Virus record (IMG/VR): IMGVR_UViG_2778261535_000002
Direction: 5' to 3' (one strand)
Length of the DNA: 30,513 nt
DNA from: a virus
Taxonomy: Duplodnaviria > Heunggongvirae > Uroviricota > Caudoviricetes
A program made the translations under genes and the position numbers. Of the stretch, positions 1 to 14,329 are shown piece by piece (position 1 is the stretch's first letter; every line of letters starts with the position of its first letter). The notes below the pieces were generated by a model. That model saw only the letters and a program-made list of their open reading frames with translations, made no database searches and was not told where the DNA came from.

Positions 1-270
1 GATGTGGATCACGGCACCATTCGCCAGCGGTTCATTAAGACGGGCTGATAATTCTGTTTCACCGGCATCATGCCCGGCAATGCGTACCTGATACCAGCCG
101 TCGCTCAGTTTCTGACGAAACGCCGGGAGCTGTGTGGCCAGTGCCCGGATGGCTTCAGCCCCCGTTTTCACACGAAGGTCGATGCGGCGGCCAAATCGTT
201 GTAAATCCCCGTAAAGGCAGATGCGTGCCATGCCCGGTGACGCCAGAGGGAGTGTGTGCGTCGCTGCCAT
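1..270 (-). CDS. I: tail tip assembly protein I, partial (start at 270, runs off the window start)
   Basis: Reverse-complement translation from the ATG at 268-270 reads MAATHTLPLASPGMARICLYGDLQRFGRRIDLRVKTGAEA, recalled as the lambda I N-terminus; sits downstream of K in tail gene order. Confidence 0.8.
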   Translation of the reverse strand, partial: MAATHTLPLASPGMARICLYGDLQRFGRRIDLRVKTGAEAIRALATQLPAFRQKLSDGWYQVRIAGHDAGETELSARLNEPLANGAVIHI

Positions 271-911
271 TTGTCGGTATACCTCTCTCGTTTGCTCAGT
301 TGTTCAGGAATATGGTGCAGCAGCTCGCCGTCGCCGCAGTAAATGGCGGCATGATTCGGCACCGATGAACCAAAGCAGCACAGCAGCACATCGCCCGGCT
401 GCGCCTCTGTCAGTGCGACACGGTAAAAACCAGTCGCCTCCATATTGTCAAGATAGAGATTCTGGCCGTGACGCCACCAGTCATCCCCGCGATGAAAATC
501 CGGCATCTCAATCCCCGCCAGATGGTAAGCGTCCCGGAACAGCGTGTAACAGTCCGTCACCCCGTGCTCAAAGCGCCGCCCGGTGAGATGCGGCACACAG
601 CGGAACTTATGAATCACTCCCCGGCAGACCAGCCACCACGGCAAATCACTCTGCACCTGCAGCCGCCTGTCGGCCTCACTCAGCCAGGGCAGACCACCGG
701 GGTGGCTGTGGACCAGCGCCACAATCTCACCCTGTATTTCTGCCTGCAGCCAGTCCTCCGGAGCCATCCGGAAATAATCCTCCGGCTCACCGGAGATATT
801 CACGCAGGGAAAATATCTTTCTCCCTCCAGTGTTCTCACCACGAAGCCGCACGACTCCGCTGGCGCACATCGCCGGGCGTGCGCCAGAATCGCTGATTCA
901 GTTTCTGTCAT
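168..911 (-). CDS. K: tail tip assembly protein K
   Basis: ORF 168..953 trimmed to the internal MTETESAIL start at 911, 4 nt after the L stop; lambda-like sequence and synteny L-K-I. Confidence 0.8.
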   Translation of the reverse strand: MTETESAILAHARRCAPAESCGFVVRTLEGERYFPCVNISGEPEDYFRMAPEDWLQAEIQGEIVALVHSHPGGLPWLSEADRRLQVQSDLPWWLVCRGVIHKFRCVPHLTGRRFEHGVTDCYTLFRDAYHLAGIEMPDFHRGDDWWRHGQNLYLDNMEATGFYRVALTEAQPGDVLLCCFGSSVPNHAAIYCGDGELLHHIPEQLSKRERYTDKWQRRTHSLWRHRAWHASAFTGIYNDLAAASTFV

Positions 912-915
912 GGAT

Positions 916-1614
916 TTACTGCGAAAGTTTGTTAATGGAAAGGTAACCGCCAAAGTTGCCGAGGTTATTGCGAAACTTACAACCGCTCAGGCATTTGCTG
1001 CACTTATCCTTCGTGATATCGGACGTCGGCTGATCATATTCATCCGCGACCGCCGGACCGTGATAACCGCACTCATCGCCGCGATAGGTCCAGGTGCAGG
1101 TATTAGCCAGCATGATGCGCCCCGGAAAAACGGCACCATCCGTTTCCGTCGGTGTGGACAACACAAAGGAGGCACTGACCGCGCTCAGTTCGCTGCACTG
1201 CTCAATGCGCCAGCGGCTGAGCACCTCCTGCTCCGGATCGGCGTCACTGTTTCCGTTGACGAAGTTCACCGCATCCAGAAAACGGGCGTAAACCTTACGC
1301 CTGACCACCGTTCCGCCGACCAGACTCTGCAGATCTTCCGCCATCCCGGTGACCATACCGTGCAGGTTAGAAACCGTCAGTGTCGGACGGGCAGCACTGC
1401 CCTTGCCGTTCAGTTCAAATCCTGTCCCCTGAATGGGATACGGCTGATACCGTCGCCCCTGCCAGGTGACCGGCTCACCTTTTTCGTTCTGCTCATTACA
1501 GAAAAAATAACGTTCTCCACCGACCTCTGTCAGATCGATTTCCCAGAGCACCACGCTGGCCGACTGCTCCGCACGGGTGCATTCATTCAGTGTTTCCTGC
1601 CGGATATCCTGCAT
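916..1614 (-). CDS. L: minor tail protein L
   Basis: 232 aa ORF, same length as lambda L, placed between M and K. Confidence 0.85.
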   Translation of the reverse strand: MQDIRQETLNECTRAEQSASVVLWEIDLTEVGGERYFFCNEQNEKGEPVTWQGRRYQPYPIQGTGFELNGKGSAARPTLTVSNLHGMVTGMAEDLQSLVGGTVVRRKVYARFLDAVNFVNGNSDADPEQEVLSRWRIEQCSELSAVSASFVLSTPTETDGAVFPGRIMLANTCTWTYRGDECGYHGPAVADEYDQPTSDITKDKCSKCLSGCKFRNNLGNFGGYLSINKLSQ

Positions 1615-1943
1615 CAGTTCACCACCTGTTCAAACTCTGCGCTGAACTCAACACGCAACATACTGACCCGCGACGACCATTTTGCGCAGGTCACCTTTAT
1701 CTGCCGGTAGCCATAAGGCGGCGTCCACAGAAAGGCCTTCCAGCCCCCGTGCTCTGCCAGAAACGATTCCAGTGCCGTGGCCTCCTCGCGGGGAACAGAA
1801 AGCGTCACGCTGTACGTTTTCAGGTCGGCGTTCAGCCCGGCAGGCGCACGCTGAGAATAGCCATCACCAAAGCGCACCTTTCTTACAGAAGGGGCCGAAG
1901 CCACATCCATACCGGGTTTCACTTTCCAGCGGAAGGTTTTCAT
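1614..1943 (-). CDS. M: minor tail protein M
   Basis: 109 aa ORF, same length as lambda M; start overlaps the H stop. Confidence 0.85.
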   Translation of the reverse strand: MKTFRWKVKPGMDVASAPSVRKVRFGDGYSQRAPAGLNADLKTYSVTLSVPREEATALESFLAEHGGWKAFLWTPPYGYRQIKVTCAKWSSRVSMLRVEFSAEFEQVVN

Positions 1944-4501
1944 CGTCCACCTCCGGAGAACAGACCACCATCGCGCATCTGCCCGGTCACAACATCCATT
2001 GCCGCCTTACGGGCTACGTCATAAACAGCCTTCAGTGCCTGTGGCCCTATCTGACCGTTCGTGCCGTCGTTGTTAATCACCACATGGTTATTCTGCTCAA
2101 ACGTCCCGGACGCCTGCGAGCGGCTGTCCGCCATGCTGCCAGGTGTACCGACATAACCGCCGGTGGCATAGCCGCGCATCAGCCGGTAGAGATTTCCCAC
2201 GCCAATCCGGCTGGTTGCCTCCTTCGTGAAGACAAACTCACCACGGTGAACAATCCCCGCTGGCTCATATTTGCCGCCGGTTCCCGTAAATCCCCCGGTC
2301 GCAAAATGGAATTTCGCCGCAGCGGCCTGAATGGCTGTACCGCCTGACGCGGATGCGCCGCCACCAACAGCCACGCCAATGGCGCTGCCGATACTCCCGA
2401 CAATCCCCACCATTGCCTGCTTAAGCAGAATTTCTGTCATCATGGACAGCACGGAGCGGGTGAAGCTGCGCCAGTTCTGCTCACTGCCGGTCAGCATCGC
2501 CGCCATATTCTGTGCAATACCATCAAAGGTCTGCGTGGCTGCACTTTTTACCTGCGACATACTGTCCGTGGCGCTCTCTTCCCACTCACTCCAGCCGGAC
2601 TTCAGGCCTGCCATCCAGCTCCCGCGAAGCTGGTCTTCAGCCGCCCAGGTCTTTTTCTGCTCTGACATGACGTTATTCAGCGCCAGAGGATTATCGCCAT
2701 ACTGTTCCTTCAGGCGCTGTTCCGTGGCTTCCCGCGCTGCCTGCCGGTCAGTCAGCCCCCGGCTTTTCGCATCAATGGCGGCCCGTTTTGCCCGTTGCTG
2801 CTGTGCGAATTTATCCTCCTGCTGCGCCAGCGCGTTCAGGCGCTCCTGATACGTAACCTTGTCGCCAAGTGCAGCCAGCTGGCGTTTGTACTCCAGCGTC
2901 TCATCTTTATGCGCCAGCAGGGATTTCTCCTGTGCAGACAGCTGGCGACGTTGCGCCGCCTCCTCCAGTACCGCGAACTGACTTTCTGCCTTCCACAAAT
3001 CCCGGCGCTGCTGGCTGATTTTCTCATTCGCTCCGGCATGCTTCTCCAGCGTCCGGAGTTCTGCCTGAAGCGTCAGCAGGGCAGCATGAGCACTGTCTTC
3101 CTGACGATCGCCCGCAGACACCTTCACGCCGGACTGTTTCGGCTTTTTCAGCGTCTCTTCATAATCCTTTTTCGCCGCCGCCATCAGCGTGTTGTAATCC
3201 GCCTGCAGGATTTTCCCGTCTTTCAGTGCCTTGTTCAGTTCTTCCTGACGGGCGCTATATTTCTCCAGCGGCGTCTGCAGCCGTTCGTAAGCCTTCTGCG
3301 CCTCTTCGGTATATTTCAGCCGTGACGCTTCGGTATCGCTCTGCTGCTGCGCATTTTTGTCCTGTTGAGTCTGCTGCTCAGCCTTCTTTCGGGCGGCTTC
3401 AAGCGCAAGACGGGCCTTTTCACGATCATCCCAGTAACGCGCCCGCGCTTCATCGTTAACAAAATAATCATCCTTGCGCAGATTCCAGATGTCGTCTGCT
3501 TTCTTAAACGCAGCCTCTGCCTTAATCAGCATCTCCTGCGCGGTATCAGGACGACCAATATCCAGCACCGCATCCCACATGGATTTGAATGCCCGCGCTG
3601 TCCTGTCTGCCCAGGTCTCCAGCGTGCCCATGTTCTCTTTCAGGCGGCGGGTCTGGTCATCAAACCCTTTCGTTGCGGCCTCGTTCGCCGCCTGCAATGC
3701 CCCGGCTTCATCGCCGGAACGCTGTAACTGAGCAACATACGCAATCTGCTCCGCCGTCACGTTATGGAACTGGCGTGCCATCGCTGTCAGCCCCGACGTC
3801 GGGTCAGTGGTCAGCTTCCCGAAGGCTTCAGCGACCTTGTCCACCTCCACGCCGGATGCAGAGGAGAAACGCGCCACACTCTGGCTGATGGACGCAATCT
3901 GAGCCTCACCGCTTATCCCAGCCTTAACCAGTGCGCTGAGTGACTCGCTGGTCTGGTTAAACGTCAGCCCTGCCGCCTGCCCGGCTCTGGACAGGACCAG
4001 CATACGATCTGCCGTCAGACCCGACTGATTGCCGGAAAGGACCAGCGTTTTGTTGAAATCGGACAGGGTTGAGTTGCCCTGATACCAGGCATACGCCAGC
4101 GCACCGGTCGCCACTGCCAGCGAGGTGGCCCCGACCATCGGCAGGGTGATCGCACCGGCAAGTCCCCTGAACATGGGGATCATACCGCCGAAGGAGTCCT
4201 TCACCTGACCACCCTGTTGCAGCAGGATCAGCCACGGACTCTGCCCGCCTGCAAGCTGCGTGGCCACGTCGGTGAACTGTGCAGGAAGCATACGCATGGC
4301 GGCTTTATACTGTCCGACGGAAATCCCCGCTTTCTGTGCAGCCAGCGCCTGCCGGTTCATTGACTGTTCAACGACTGCCGCTGTTTTTTTCGCATCACTT
4401 TCCGTACCGGAAAAATGACGCCTGACTCTGGCCATCTGCTCGTCAAATCTGGCCGCATCCAGACTTAAATCAACGACCAGATCGCCTACCGGTTCAGCCA
4501 T
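1940..4501 (-). CDS. H: tail tape measure protein H
   Basis: 853 aa ORF, same length as lambda H; Ala/Gln-rich coiled-coil composition; position after G-T. Confidence 0.9.
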   Translation of the reverse strand: MAEPVGDLVVDLSLDAARFDEQMARVRRHFSGTESDAKKTAAVVEQSMNRQALAAQKAGISVGQYKAAMRMLPAQFTDVATQLAGGQSPWLILLQQGGQVKDSFGGMIPMFRGLAGAITLPMVGATSLAVATGALAYAWYQGNSTLSDFNKTLVLSGNQSGLTADRMLVLSRAGQAAGLTFNQTSESLSALVKAGISGEAQIASISQSVARFSSASGVEVDKVAEAFGKLTTDPTSGLTAMARQFHNVTAEQIAYVAQLQRSGDEAGALQAANEAATKGFDDQTRRLKENMGTLETWADRTARAFKSMWDAVLDIGRPDTAQEMLIKAEAAFKKADDIWNLRKDDYFVNDEARARYWDDREKARLALEAARKKAEQQTQQDKNAQQQSDTEASRLKYTEEAQKAYERLQTPLEKYSARQEELNKALKDGKILQADYNTLMAAAKKDYEETLKKPKQSGVKVSAGDRQEDSAHAALLTLQAELRTLEKHAGANEKISQQRRDLWKAESQFAVLEEAAQRRQLSAQEKSLLAHKDETLEYKRQLAALGDKVTYQERLNALAQQEDKFAQQQRAKRAAIDAKSRGLTDRQAAREATEQRLKEQYGDNPLALNNVMSEQKKTWAAEDQLRGSWMAGLKSGWSEWEESATDSMSQVKSAATQTFDGIAQNMAAMLTGSEQNWRSFTRSVLSMMTEILLKQAMVGIVGSIGSAIGVAVGGGASASGGTAIQAAAAKFHFATGGFTGTGGKYEPAGIVHRGEFVFTKEATSRIGVGNLYRLMRGYATGGYVGTPGSMADSRSQASGTFEQNNHVVINNDGTNGQIGPQALKAVYDVARKAAMDVVTGQMRDGGLFSGGGR

Positions 4502-5332
4502 ACCGGACTCCTCCTGCGATCCCTTCTGATACTGTCATCAGCATTACGTCATCCTCCGTCATGCCCGCCACATCCGGGGAAGCGGGGATAACTTCATTCC
4601 CGTCCGGGTCAAAGCGGACGCCTCCGGCAAGCCCTGCCGCTTTCTGCATCAGCACATCATCTTCAGGCTCTTCGTCAGCCTCACGCCGGTTCAGCAGACT
4701 GAAATCCAGCGGATGCATATCCGGATCGCTGAAAAACAGGCTGAGCACGGTGTACGTCAGCCCGGAAAAGTGCATATCCAGCAGAACATCATGAAAATAA
4801 TGGGTACTGTAAAAGCGGTGCCAGTCGGCATACTCCGTGGATGACATCCCGGCAAGCATGGCGCGCCAGTCGGGTCGCCCCATCTCACGCGCCAGTTTCA
4901 GGGCAAAACTCAGCTCACCGTCGAACACTTTCCCGCAGAAACAGGCTCTGCAGGCCCGGCGTCATCTGCCTGTTCAGGTGCATCATTCACAACAAACTCA
5001 GACATACCGGACAGACGCATTACCACATTTTCAGCCTGAGCAATTGCCTCTGTGGGCCAGGTGGTAAGCACTTCCTGCTCAATTTGTTTAACGGCTTCAT
5101 TCATGGATGGCATCTTTGTCTTCTGCGGATGGTTATGCCACAGGGACATCGCCACCAGAAAAGCACCGGTTCTGACGAGATCTTCCACGCTCACCTGTCG
5201 ATTGACACTGGAGCCCGCCTGTTCTGCCTGTCGTTTCAGCAGGGCGAGATGCTCAATACGCTGCAGGGCTGACAGTTCAGAAAGCGTGACGCTCACACCG
5301 TTATATTCAAATGATTCGGTTTTCAGGAACAT
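4494..5332 (-). CDS. T: tail assembly chaperone G-T fusion made by -1 programmed frameshift
   Basis: T-frame ORF 4494..4928 overlaps the G 3' end; - strand heptamer GGGAAAG at 4928..4934 (+ strand CTTTCCC) is the lambda G/GT slip site. Confidence 0.8.
4910..5332 (-). CDS. G: tail assembly chaperone G
   Basis: 140 aa ORF, same length as lambda G; slippery heptamer near its 3' end. Confidence 0.85.
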   Translation of the reverse strand: MFLKTESFEYNGVSVTLSELSALQRIEHLALLKRQAEQAGSSVNRQVSVEDLVRTGAFLVAMSLWHNHPQKTKMPSMNEAVKQIEQEVLTTWPTEAIAQAENVVMRLSGMSEFVVNDAPEQADDAGPAEPVSAGKCSTVS

Positions 5333-5347
5333 CGCTGACTCTCCGGA

Positions 5348-6088
5348 TTAACTGTCGGTGACGGTGATTTCTGCAACCGCAGCAAGTTCACCATTACCGG
5401 ATACAACCGGAATGTTGACCTTGCCTGCAGCAACGCCGTTCACGGTGATGGTCATACCGCTGACCGACACGGTGGCTTTTGTTTTATCCGCAGACACCGC
5501 ACGGAAGCTCTTGTCGGTTGCGCCCTCCGGCTGGAATGCCACGGTCAGCGTGGTGCTCTGCCCTTTCACCACCGAAGTGCTGGCAGGCGTCACGGTCATG
5601 CCGGTTGCCGCTGTTACCGTGCTGCGATCTTCTGCCATCGACGGACGCCCCACGTTGGTGACTTTCACCGTGCGGGTGATCACTTCCTTCGCCGTCACCG
5701 CCTTACCGATACTGCTGACCCAGCCGCGGAACACATCGACCGTGCCGTTCGGGAAGCGGATTTTATAGGCACGGGTATCCCCTTCATTAAACCACGCCAG
5801 CAGCGCCTGCTGCCCCTGCTCTCCGGGCATCCACGCCAGCGTGAAGCTGGTATCTCCGGCAGATTTCTGCCCCTGCCCGGTCGCAGTCCAGTCCGCATCT
5901 TCATCATCGAGATAGCTGTCGTCACAGGACTCAGCGGTCAGTTCGCCGGGCGTCAGGTCTTTAACTTTTGCCAGACGCAACCAGTCAACGTCTGAAAGCG
6001 GATTCGCATAAGGGTTACCGCTCCCCTTATAAACCCACAGGGTGGTCCCGGCACCTTTCACCGGCATTGTAGGATTTGGTACAGGCAT
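5348..6088 (-). CDS. V: major tail tube protein V
   Basis: ORF 5348..6118 trimmed to the [16 protein letters not shown] start, giving 246 aa as in lambda V. Confidence 0.85.
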   Translation of the reverse strand: MPVPNPTMPVKGAGTTLWVYKGSGNPYANPLSDVDWLRLAKVKDLTPGELTAESCDDSYLDDEDADWTATGQGQKSAGDTSFTLAWMPGEQGQQALLAWFNEGDTRAYKIRFPNGTVDVFRGWVSSIGKAVTAKEVITRTVKVTNVGRPSMAEDRSTVTAATGMTVTPASTSVVKGQSTTLTVAFQPEGATDKSFRAVSADKTKATVSVSGMTITVNGVAAGKVNIPVVSGNGELAAVAEITVTDS

Positions 6089-6095
6089 AGCGTCC

Positions 6096-6491
6096 TCACA
6101 TTTCATAGGTAATGACATAAGTCAGATCGGCTGAACTCCACAGGCCCGCATCATCGTCGCGCCGGTAGTCATAGCCGCTGGCCACCATACTGGTGATCAA
6201 ATCTGACAGTGCCGGGATATCACTCATCACCGGATAAATCCGGGACTCCATCCACGCATCCAGCTCTGAATCCGGCACCTGAGCAGGCAGGAAAACTTCA
6301 ATATGCAACTCCGCCTGCCAGGTATCGCTGTCCAGCTCTTCGCCCGTGTATTCAGCGCCGGTGAGATAAACGGCAATTGCCGGAAAATCCGCCTCATCAA
6401 AAACAGCGGGGCGACCATCAAAAAGCGTCGCCCCGGTGTCATGCTTCTCCAGTGCATCCAGTACGGCTGCACGGAGTTCAGTATGTTTCAT
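6096..6491 (-). CDS. U: tail terminator protein U
   Basis: 131 aa ORF, same length and position as lambda U. Confidence 0.85.
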   Translation of the reverse strand: MKHTELRAAVLDALEKHDTGATLFDGRPAVFDEADFPAIAVYLTGAEYTGEELDSDTWQAELHIEVFLPAQVPDSELDAWMESRIYPVMSDIPALSDLITSMVASGYDYRRDDDAGLWSSADLTYVITYEM

Positions 6492-7066
6492 CGCTTTATT
6501 ACCATTCTCAGTTGATGCTGCAGCGCATAGCCCAGCTCTTTCGGAAGACGTTCACGCCGTATCCGCTCAATATTCTGTTTAAACGCCGTGGTCAGCGGCA
6601 CCGCCATCGGGATTTTCACCACATCAATGGGGTAACGGTTTTTCCCGGCCACACGCTGCATGACATGCCAGCGGCCATTTTTCAGTTGCTGAATAAACGC
6701 GCCGGGAATACGACGGTTTCCCACCACAAGCACGCTGCCGCCACCTTTCAGGGCTGAACGCTGCCCCTTTTTACGACGCCTGCGGCGGGACAGGACAACC
6801 CGCGCGTTACCCAGCCTGATGACGGGCAAATCCCCCCTGTTAACCCTGATTCTGGCCTGCGGATTTTTAACCGTGGCCCTTTTCAGCCTGGCCCTTTCCT
6901 TTACCAGTTTCCGGCGTACCTTTGTTTCACGGGCAACCTGTGCCGCCGACTGCGATATCGCGGATGAAGCAACGCGGTTAATGGCCATTGCGGCGGCACC
7001 AGGCACCGCCGTTTTGCTGATACGGCTGAGGTTTTCAACGGCCTGCTCAAGACCTTTTATGGCCAT
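6488..7066 (-). CDS. Z: tail completion protein Z
   Basis: 192 aa ORF, same length and position as lambda Z. Confidence 0.85.
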   Translation of the reverse strand: MAIKGLEQAVENLSRISKTAVPGAAAMAINRVASSAISQSAAQVARETKVRRKLVKERARLKRATVKNPQARIRVNRGDLPVIRLGNARVVLSRRRRRKKGQRSALKGGGSVLVVGNRRIPGAFIQQLKNGRWHVMQRVAGKNRYPIDVVKIPMAVPLTTAFKQNIERIRRERLPKELGYALQHQLRMVIKR

Positions 7067-7077
7067 ACATCCCCCTT

Positions 7078-7431
7078 TCAGCGGCGACGGTTAACGGCAG
7101 GCGGTACGCCCCGCCCAAGCCAGAGATGACAGCTTCCACCATCATCCGGCGAAACCCGGTCTATCCAGAAGTTTTCCTCACCGATGGTCAGCGTGTCTCC
7201 ACGCCGCAGCTGCCGCACCTCATCAGTCCGGACAAACAGGGACGGGCTGGAGCCTTCAACGCGCACGCCCTGTCCGGCATAGCTGATATTTTCAGGGTCA
7301 TCAAAAACACCACGTATCACAGCACCGGACTGCTCACCGGATGTCATGGTGGCTGACGTTCCCATGTACCCGCGTATCGTTTCATCGGCGCAGGCAATGG
7401 CAGCATCGAACAGGTTATCGAAATCAGCCAC
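7078..7431 (-). CDS. FII: head-tail connector protein FII
   Basis: 117 aa ORF, same length and position as lambda FII. Confidence 0.85.
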   Translation of the reverse strand: MADFDNLFDAAIACADETIRGYMGTSATMTSGEQSGAVIRGVFDDPENISYAGQGVRVEGSSPSLFVRTDEVRQLRRGDTLTIGEENFWIDRVSPDDGGSCHLWLGRGVPPAVNRRR

Positions 7432-7442
7432 AGCGCCTCCCG

Positions 7443-7838
7443 TTATTGCATTCTGGCCAGGCCACGTTCTGTCATTTCGGCTGCCACACCGGCAGAGACA
7501 CGAAACGCCGTTCCCGGCAGCACAAATGCCACAGGTTCATCCCGCGAGGCGTGAAGTGCATCAGTATGCAGCGTCACCAGTGCCACGACCGTGACCAGAG
7601 CAGCCGTATCAGTCACGGTACCTGGCTGCGCTGACACCACCTCATTTTCATGCCCGGTCAGCGCATTTTCCGGGCTGACAGACGTGTCCTGACCGGCAGC
7701 GTCATCCGTGTCATCAAGCTCCTCTTCCAGCTCTGCCACACGGAGCGCCAGTTCTTCTTTCGTCCCCGTCAGGCTGACATCACGGTTCAGTTGCTCACCC
7801 AGCACCTGAAGACGGGCAATCAGTTCATCTTTCGTCAT
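7443..7838 (-). CDS. FI: DNA packaging protein FI
   Basis: ORF 7443..7877 trimmed to the MTKDELIARLQ start, which is preceded by GGAGGAG; about 131 aa. Confidence 0.8.
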   Translation of the reverse strand: MTKDELIARLQVLGEQLNRDVSLTGTKEELALRVAELEEELDDTDDAAGQDTSVSPENALTGHENEVVSAQPGTVTDTAALVTVVALVTLHTDALHASRDEPVAFVLPGTAFRVSAGVAAEMTERGLARMQ

Positions 7839-7879
7839 GGACTCCTCCACAGAGAAACAATGGCCCCGAAGGGCCACGA

Positions 7880-8905
7880 TTACGCCAGTTGTACGGACAC
7901 GAACTCATCAGGGTCAGCCAGCAGCATCAGCGGTGCTGACTGAATCATAGTGAACTCACGCGCCGGATCGCCGGATGTCTTCCAGTTTTTCGGATAACGG
8001 GGAGACGCATTAATACCCTCACTCAATGCATCCGCATCCTGAATACAACCATAGGTGCGCAGACCGCGTGCCTGAGTGTTCCCCAGTACCATCGTGTTGT
8101 CCGGCAGAAAGTTCTTTTTGACGCCGTTTTCCACGTACTGTCCGGAATACACGACGATGGCCACATCGCCATACATCCCCTTATAGGACACCGCTTTACC
8201 CAGGTCTTTTACCGCTGTCTCCAGCTCGGAATGAGAGCCGCGACGGGTATCCAGCTTCTCCCTGACGGCTTTGAAGGAACGGAACAGCGCCCAGCCTTTC
8301 GGATCAAACACGATGATATTCACCACACCGCTGGCGTTCAGCGCGTAGGCTTCGATATCGTCGGTCGGGTCATACGTGGACTTGTCGCGATTGCTCCACT
8401 CCGTGCCGCCGGACTGTGTGATGTTATTCGCCTCACTGCGGCCCATATCCACCTCAACCGGATCGAAGGCTTCACCGGTCATGGTGTATTTGCCCTTAAG
8501 CACAGCAGAAACGGCCTGCATCTCTTCGACCTGAGCAATGGCAAGCTCCTCGTCTCGCATGTTCTGCATGATGATGCGACGGCGGCGGTAAGCCGGGTCC
8601 GCCAGATTCTGTGGATCTTCATCCGGCAGGCGACGCAGGGTCATCTGCGGATTCACCTCATGCTTGGGCTTGACATATCCCGGTGTAAATTCAGAGGTGG
8701 AGCCGCCACGGGAGCGGATAACCTCACCGGAAACAATCGGCGAAACGTACAGCGCCATGTTTACCAGTCCCGGAATTTGTGAGAGATAGACTTTCTCCGT
8801 GGTGAAGGGATAGCTCTCACGGAAAAAGAGACGCAGAAACAGCGGATCAAACTTAAATTTCTGCTCATTTGCCGCCAGCAGCTGGGCGGTTGTGTACATC
8901 GACAT
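7880..8905 (-). CDS. E: major capsid protein E
   Basis: ORF trimmed to the MSMYTTAQLLAANEQKFKFDPLF start (341 aa); recalled lambda E sequence. Confidence 0.9.
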   Translation of the reverse strand: MSMYTTAQLLAANEQKFKFDPLFLRLFFRESYPFTTEKVYLSQIPGLVNMALYVSPIVSGEVIRSRGGSTSEFTPGYVKPKHEVNPQMTLRRLPDEDPQNLADPAYRRRRIIMQNMRDEELAIAQVEEMQAVSAVLKGKYTMTGEAFDPVEVDMGRSEANNITQSGGTEWSNRDKSTYDPTDDIEAYALNASGVVNIIVFDPKGWALFRSFKAVREKLDTRRGSHSELETAVKDLGKAVSYKGMYGDVAIVVYSGQYVENGVKKNFLPDNTMVLGNTQARGLRTYGCIQDADALSEGINASPRYPKNWKTSGDPAREFTMIQSAPLMLLADPDEFVSVQLA

Positions 8906-8960
8906 AAAAAAATCCCGTAAAAAAAGCCGCACATGCGGCCTTTAGTGATGAAGGGTCAGG

Positions 8961-9293
8961 TTAAACGATGCTGATTGCCGTTCCGGCAAACGCGGTCCGT
9001 TTTTTCGTCTCGTCGCTGGCAGCCTCCGGCCAGAGCACATCCTCATAACGGAACGTGCCGGACTTGTAGAACGTCAGTGTGGTGCTGGTCTGGTCAGCAT
9101 CAACCGCCAGAATGCCAACGGCAGCACCGTCGGTGGTGCCATCCCACGCAACCAGCTTACGGGTGGAGGTATCCGGCATCAGCGGGGTCATTGCAGGCGC
9201 TTTCGCACTCAATCCGCCGGGCGCGGTTGCGGTATGAGCCGGGTCACTGTTGCCCAGCGGCTGGTAATGGGTAAAGGTTTCTTTGCTCGTCAT
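8961..9293 (-). CDS. D: capsid decoration protein D
   Basis: ORF trimmed to the [12 protein letters not shown] start (110 aa); recalled lambda D sequence. Confidence 0.9.
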   Translation of the reverse strand: MTSKETFTHYQPLGNSDPAHTATAPGGLSAKAPAMTPLMPDTSTRKLVAWDGTTDGAAVGILAVDADQTSTTLTFYKSGTFRYEDVLWPEAASDETKKRTAFAGTAISIV

Positions 9294-9302
9294 AAACATC
9301 CC

Positions 9303-9908
9303 TTACACTGGTGTGTTCAGCAAATCGTTAACGGCATCAGATGCCGGGTTACCTGCAGCCAGCGGTGCCGGTGCCCCCTGCATCAGACGATCCAGCGCAG
9401 TGTCACTGCGCGCCTGTGCACTCTGTGGTGCTGCGGCCAGAATGCGGCGGGCCGTTTCCACGGTCATACCGGGGGTTTCGGCCAGCACGCGGGCCTGTTC
9501 TTCGCGTCCGTGAGCCTCCTCACAGTTGAGGATCCCCATAATGCGGCTGTTTTCTGCCGCAACCGCAGCGGTGATCTGCGCGTTCACGTCCGGCTGCGCC
9601 GCGCTGGCGTTTTCGCCCTCCGTCGCTGGCACCACGTCAGTAACGTCAGCCTGCGAAGCAGTGGCTGAAACAGTTGTTGATTGAGTCTCTTTGGTCATTC
9701 GCCCTCCTGAGAGACGGGATTTACGTGCATCCAGTGCATCACGCATAACGGTGATCGCATCGGTGCTGTTGACAAGTTCATCAGCCAGTCCGGCATCAAT
9801 GGCCTCCTGACCGCTGTACACTGCAGCCTCGGTATCCAGCACAGCCTGCACGGACAGGCCGGTATATGCCGACACCTTCTGCGCAAACATCCGGCGGGTT
9901 GCATCCAT
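9303..9908 (-). CDS. Nu3: capsid scaffolding protein Nu3, in-frame internal start within C
   Basis: In-frame Met at C residue 239 (MDATRRMFAQKV) gives the C-terminal 201 aa, as in the lambda C/Nu3 nested arrangement. Confidence 0.7.
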   Translation of the reverse strand: MDATRRMFAQKVSAYTGLSVQAVLDTEAAVYSGQEAIDAGLADELVNSTDAITVMRDALDARKSRLSGGRMTKETQSTTVSATASQADVTDVVPATEGENASAAQPDVNAQITAAVAAENSRIMGILNCEEAHGREEQARVLAETPGMTVETARRILAAAPQSAQARSDTALDRLMQGAPAPLAAGNPASDAVNDLLNTPV

Positions 9909-10602
9909 CCGGGACTGCAGTGTCTCCCGGACGTCATCCGGAAGATGGCTGTAGGGGTTGCCATCCACCTTATGGCTGCCGCTGTAAATCAGCGTGATTT
10001 CCACACCCTGTTTCTCCAGCGCAGCACCGTAATTACTGTGAGCCATCATGACGCCGATGGAGCCTGTCCGGGCGGTCTGCGTGACCAGACGCCGGGAGGC
10101 GGCGCTGGCAAGCAGCTGACCTGCACTGCAGTTCATGTCGTTGGCCAGCGCCCATACCGGTTTTATGTCTCGCACACGGGCGATGATGTCAGCACAGTCA
10201 AATGCTCCCGCCACCATCCCGCCCGGTGTGTCCATATCGAGCAGAATGCCGTCCACCATCGGATCGCTGGCAGCCTGTTGCAGACGGGCGATAATGCCGT
10301 TGTAACCGGTCATTCCCGAATACGGCTGCAGCGCCCGCGTCCGGCTGACCAGCGTACCGGACACCGGCAGCACGGCGATGCCGTTCATGACCTGATAACT
10401 GCGGGCCTGTCGTGGTCCGTCATCATCACCGGATAACGCCAGCGCCGCGGGTGCCTCTCCGGCAGTCAGGCTGTCGCCGGACACCGCATCCGTCAGGCGA
10501 CTGATCCCAAGCTGGCCTGCAAGCGCACAAAAGAAAACCCGCGCATAGGCGGGTTCAAGCATCAGCGGCTCATTAAAAGCCATGCTGGCAATATGCGGGA
10601 GA

Positions 10603-10622
<20 letters not shown>
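9303..10622 (-). CDS. C: capsid assembly protease C (apparent GTG start)
   Basis: ORF 9303..10757 trimmed to VTAELRNLPHIASMAF, giving 439 aa as in lambda C; overlaps the B 3' end. Confidence 0.8.

Positions 10623-14303
<3,681 letters not shown>

Positions 14304-14329
<26 letters not shown>

Noticed and set aside
168-953. N-terminal 14-codon extension of the K ORF (MAVTFPLTNFRSKS)
   Set aside because: The extension overlaps the L coding region; the MTETES start 4 nt after the L stop fits lambda-like gene packing better.
910-1710. 266 aa + strand ORF, and similar + strand ORFs at 2795..3325, 1682..2347, 8231..8782, 9945..10436 and 12698..13174
   Set aside because: They lie antisense to well-supported lambda-like tail, head and terminase genes (L, H, E, C, A), with no start context or recognisable motifs; typical shadow ORFs.
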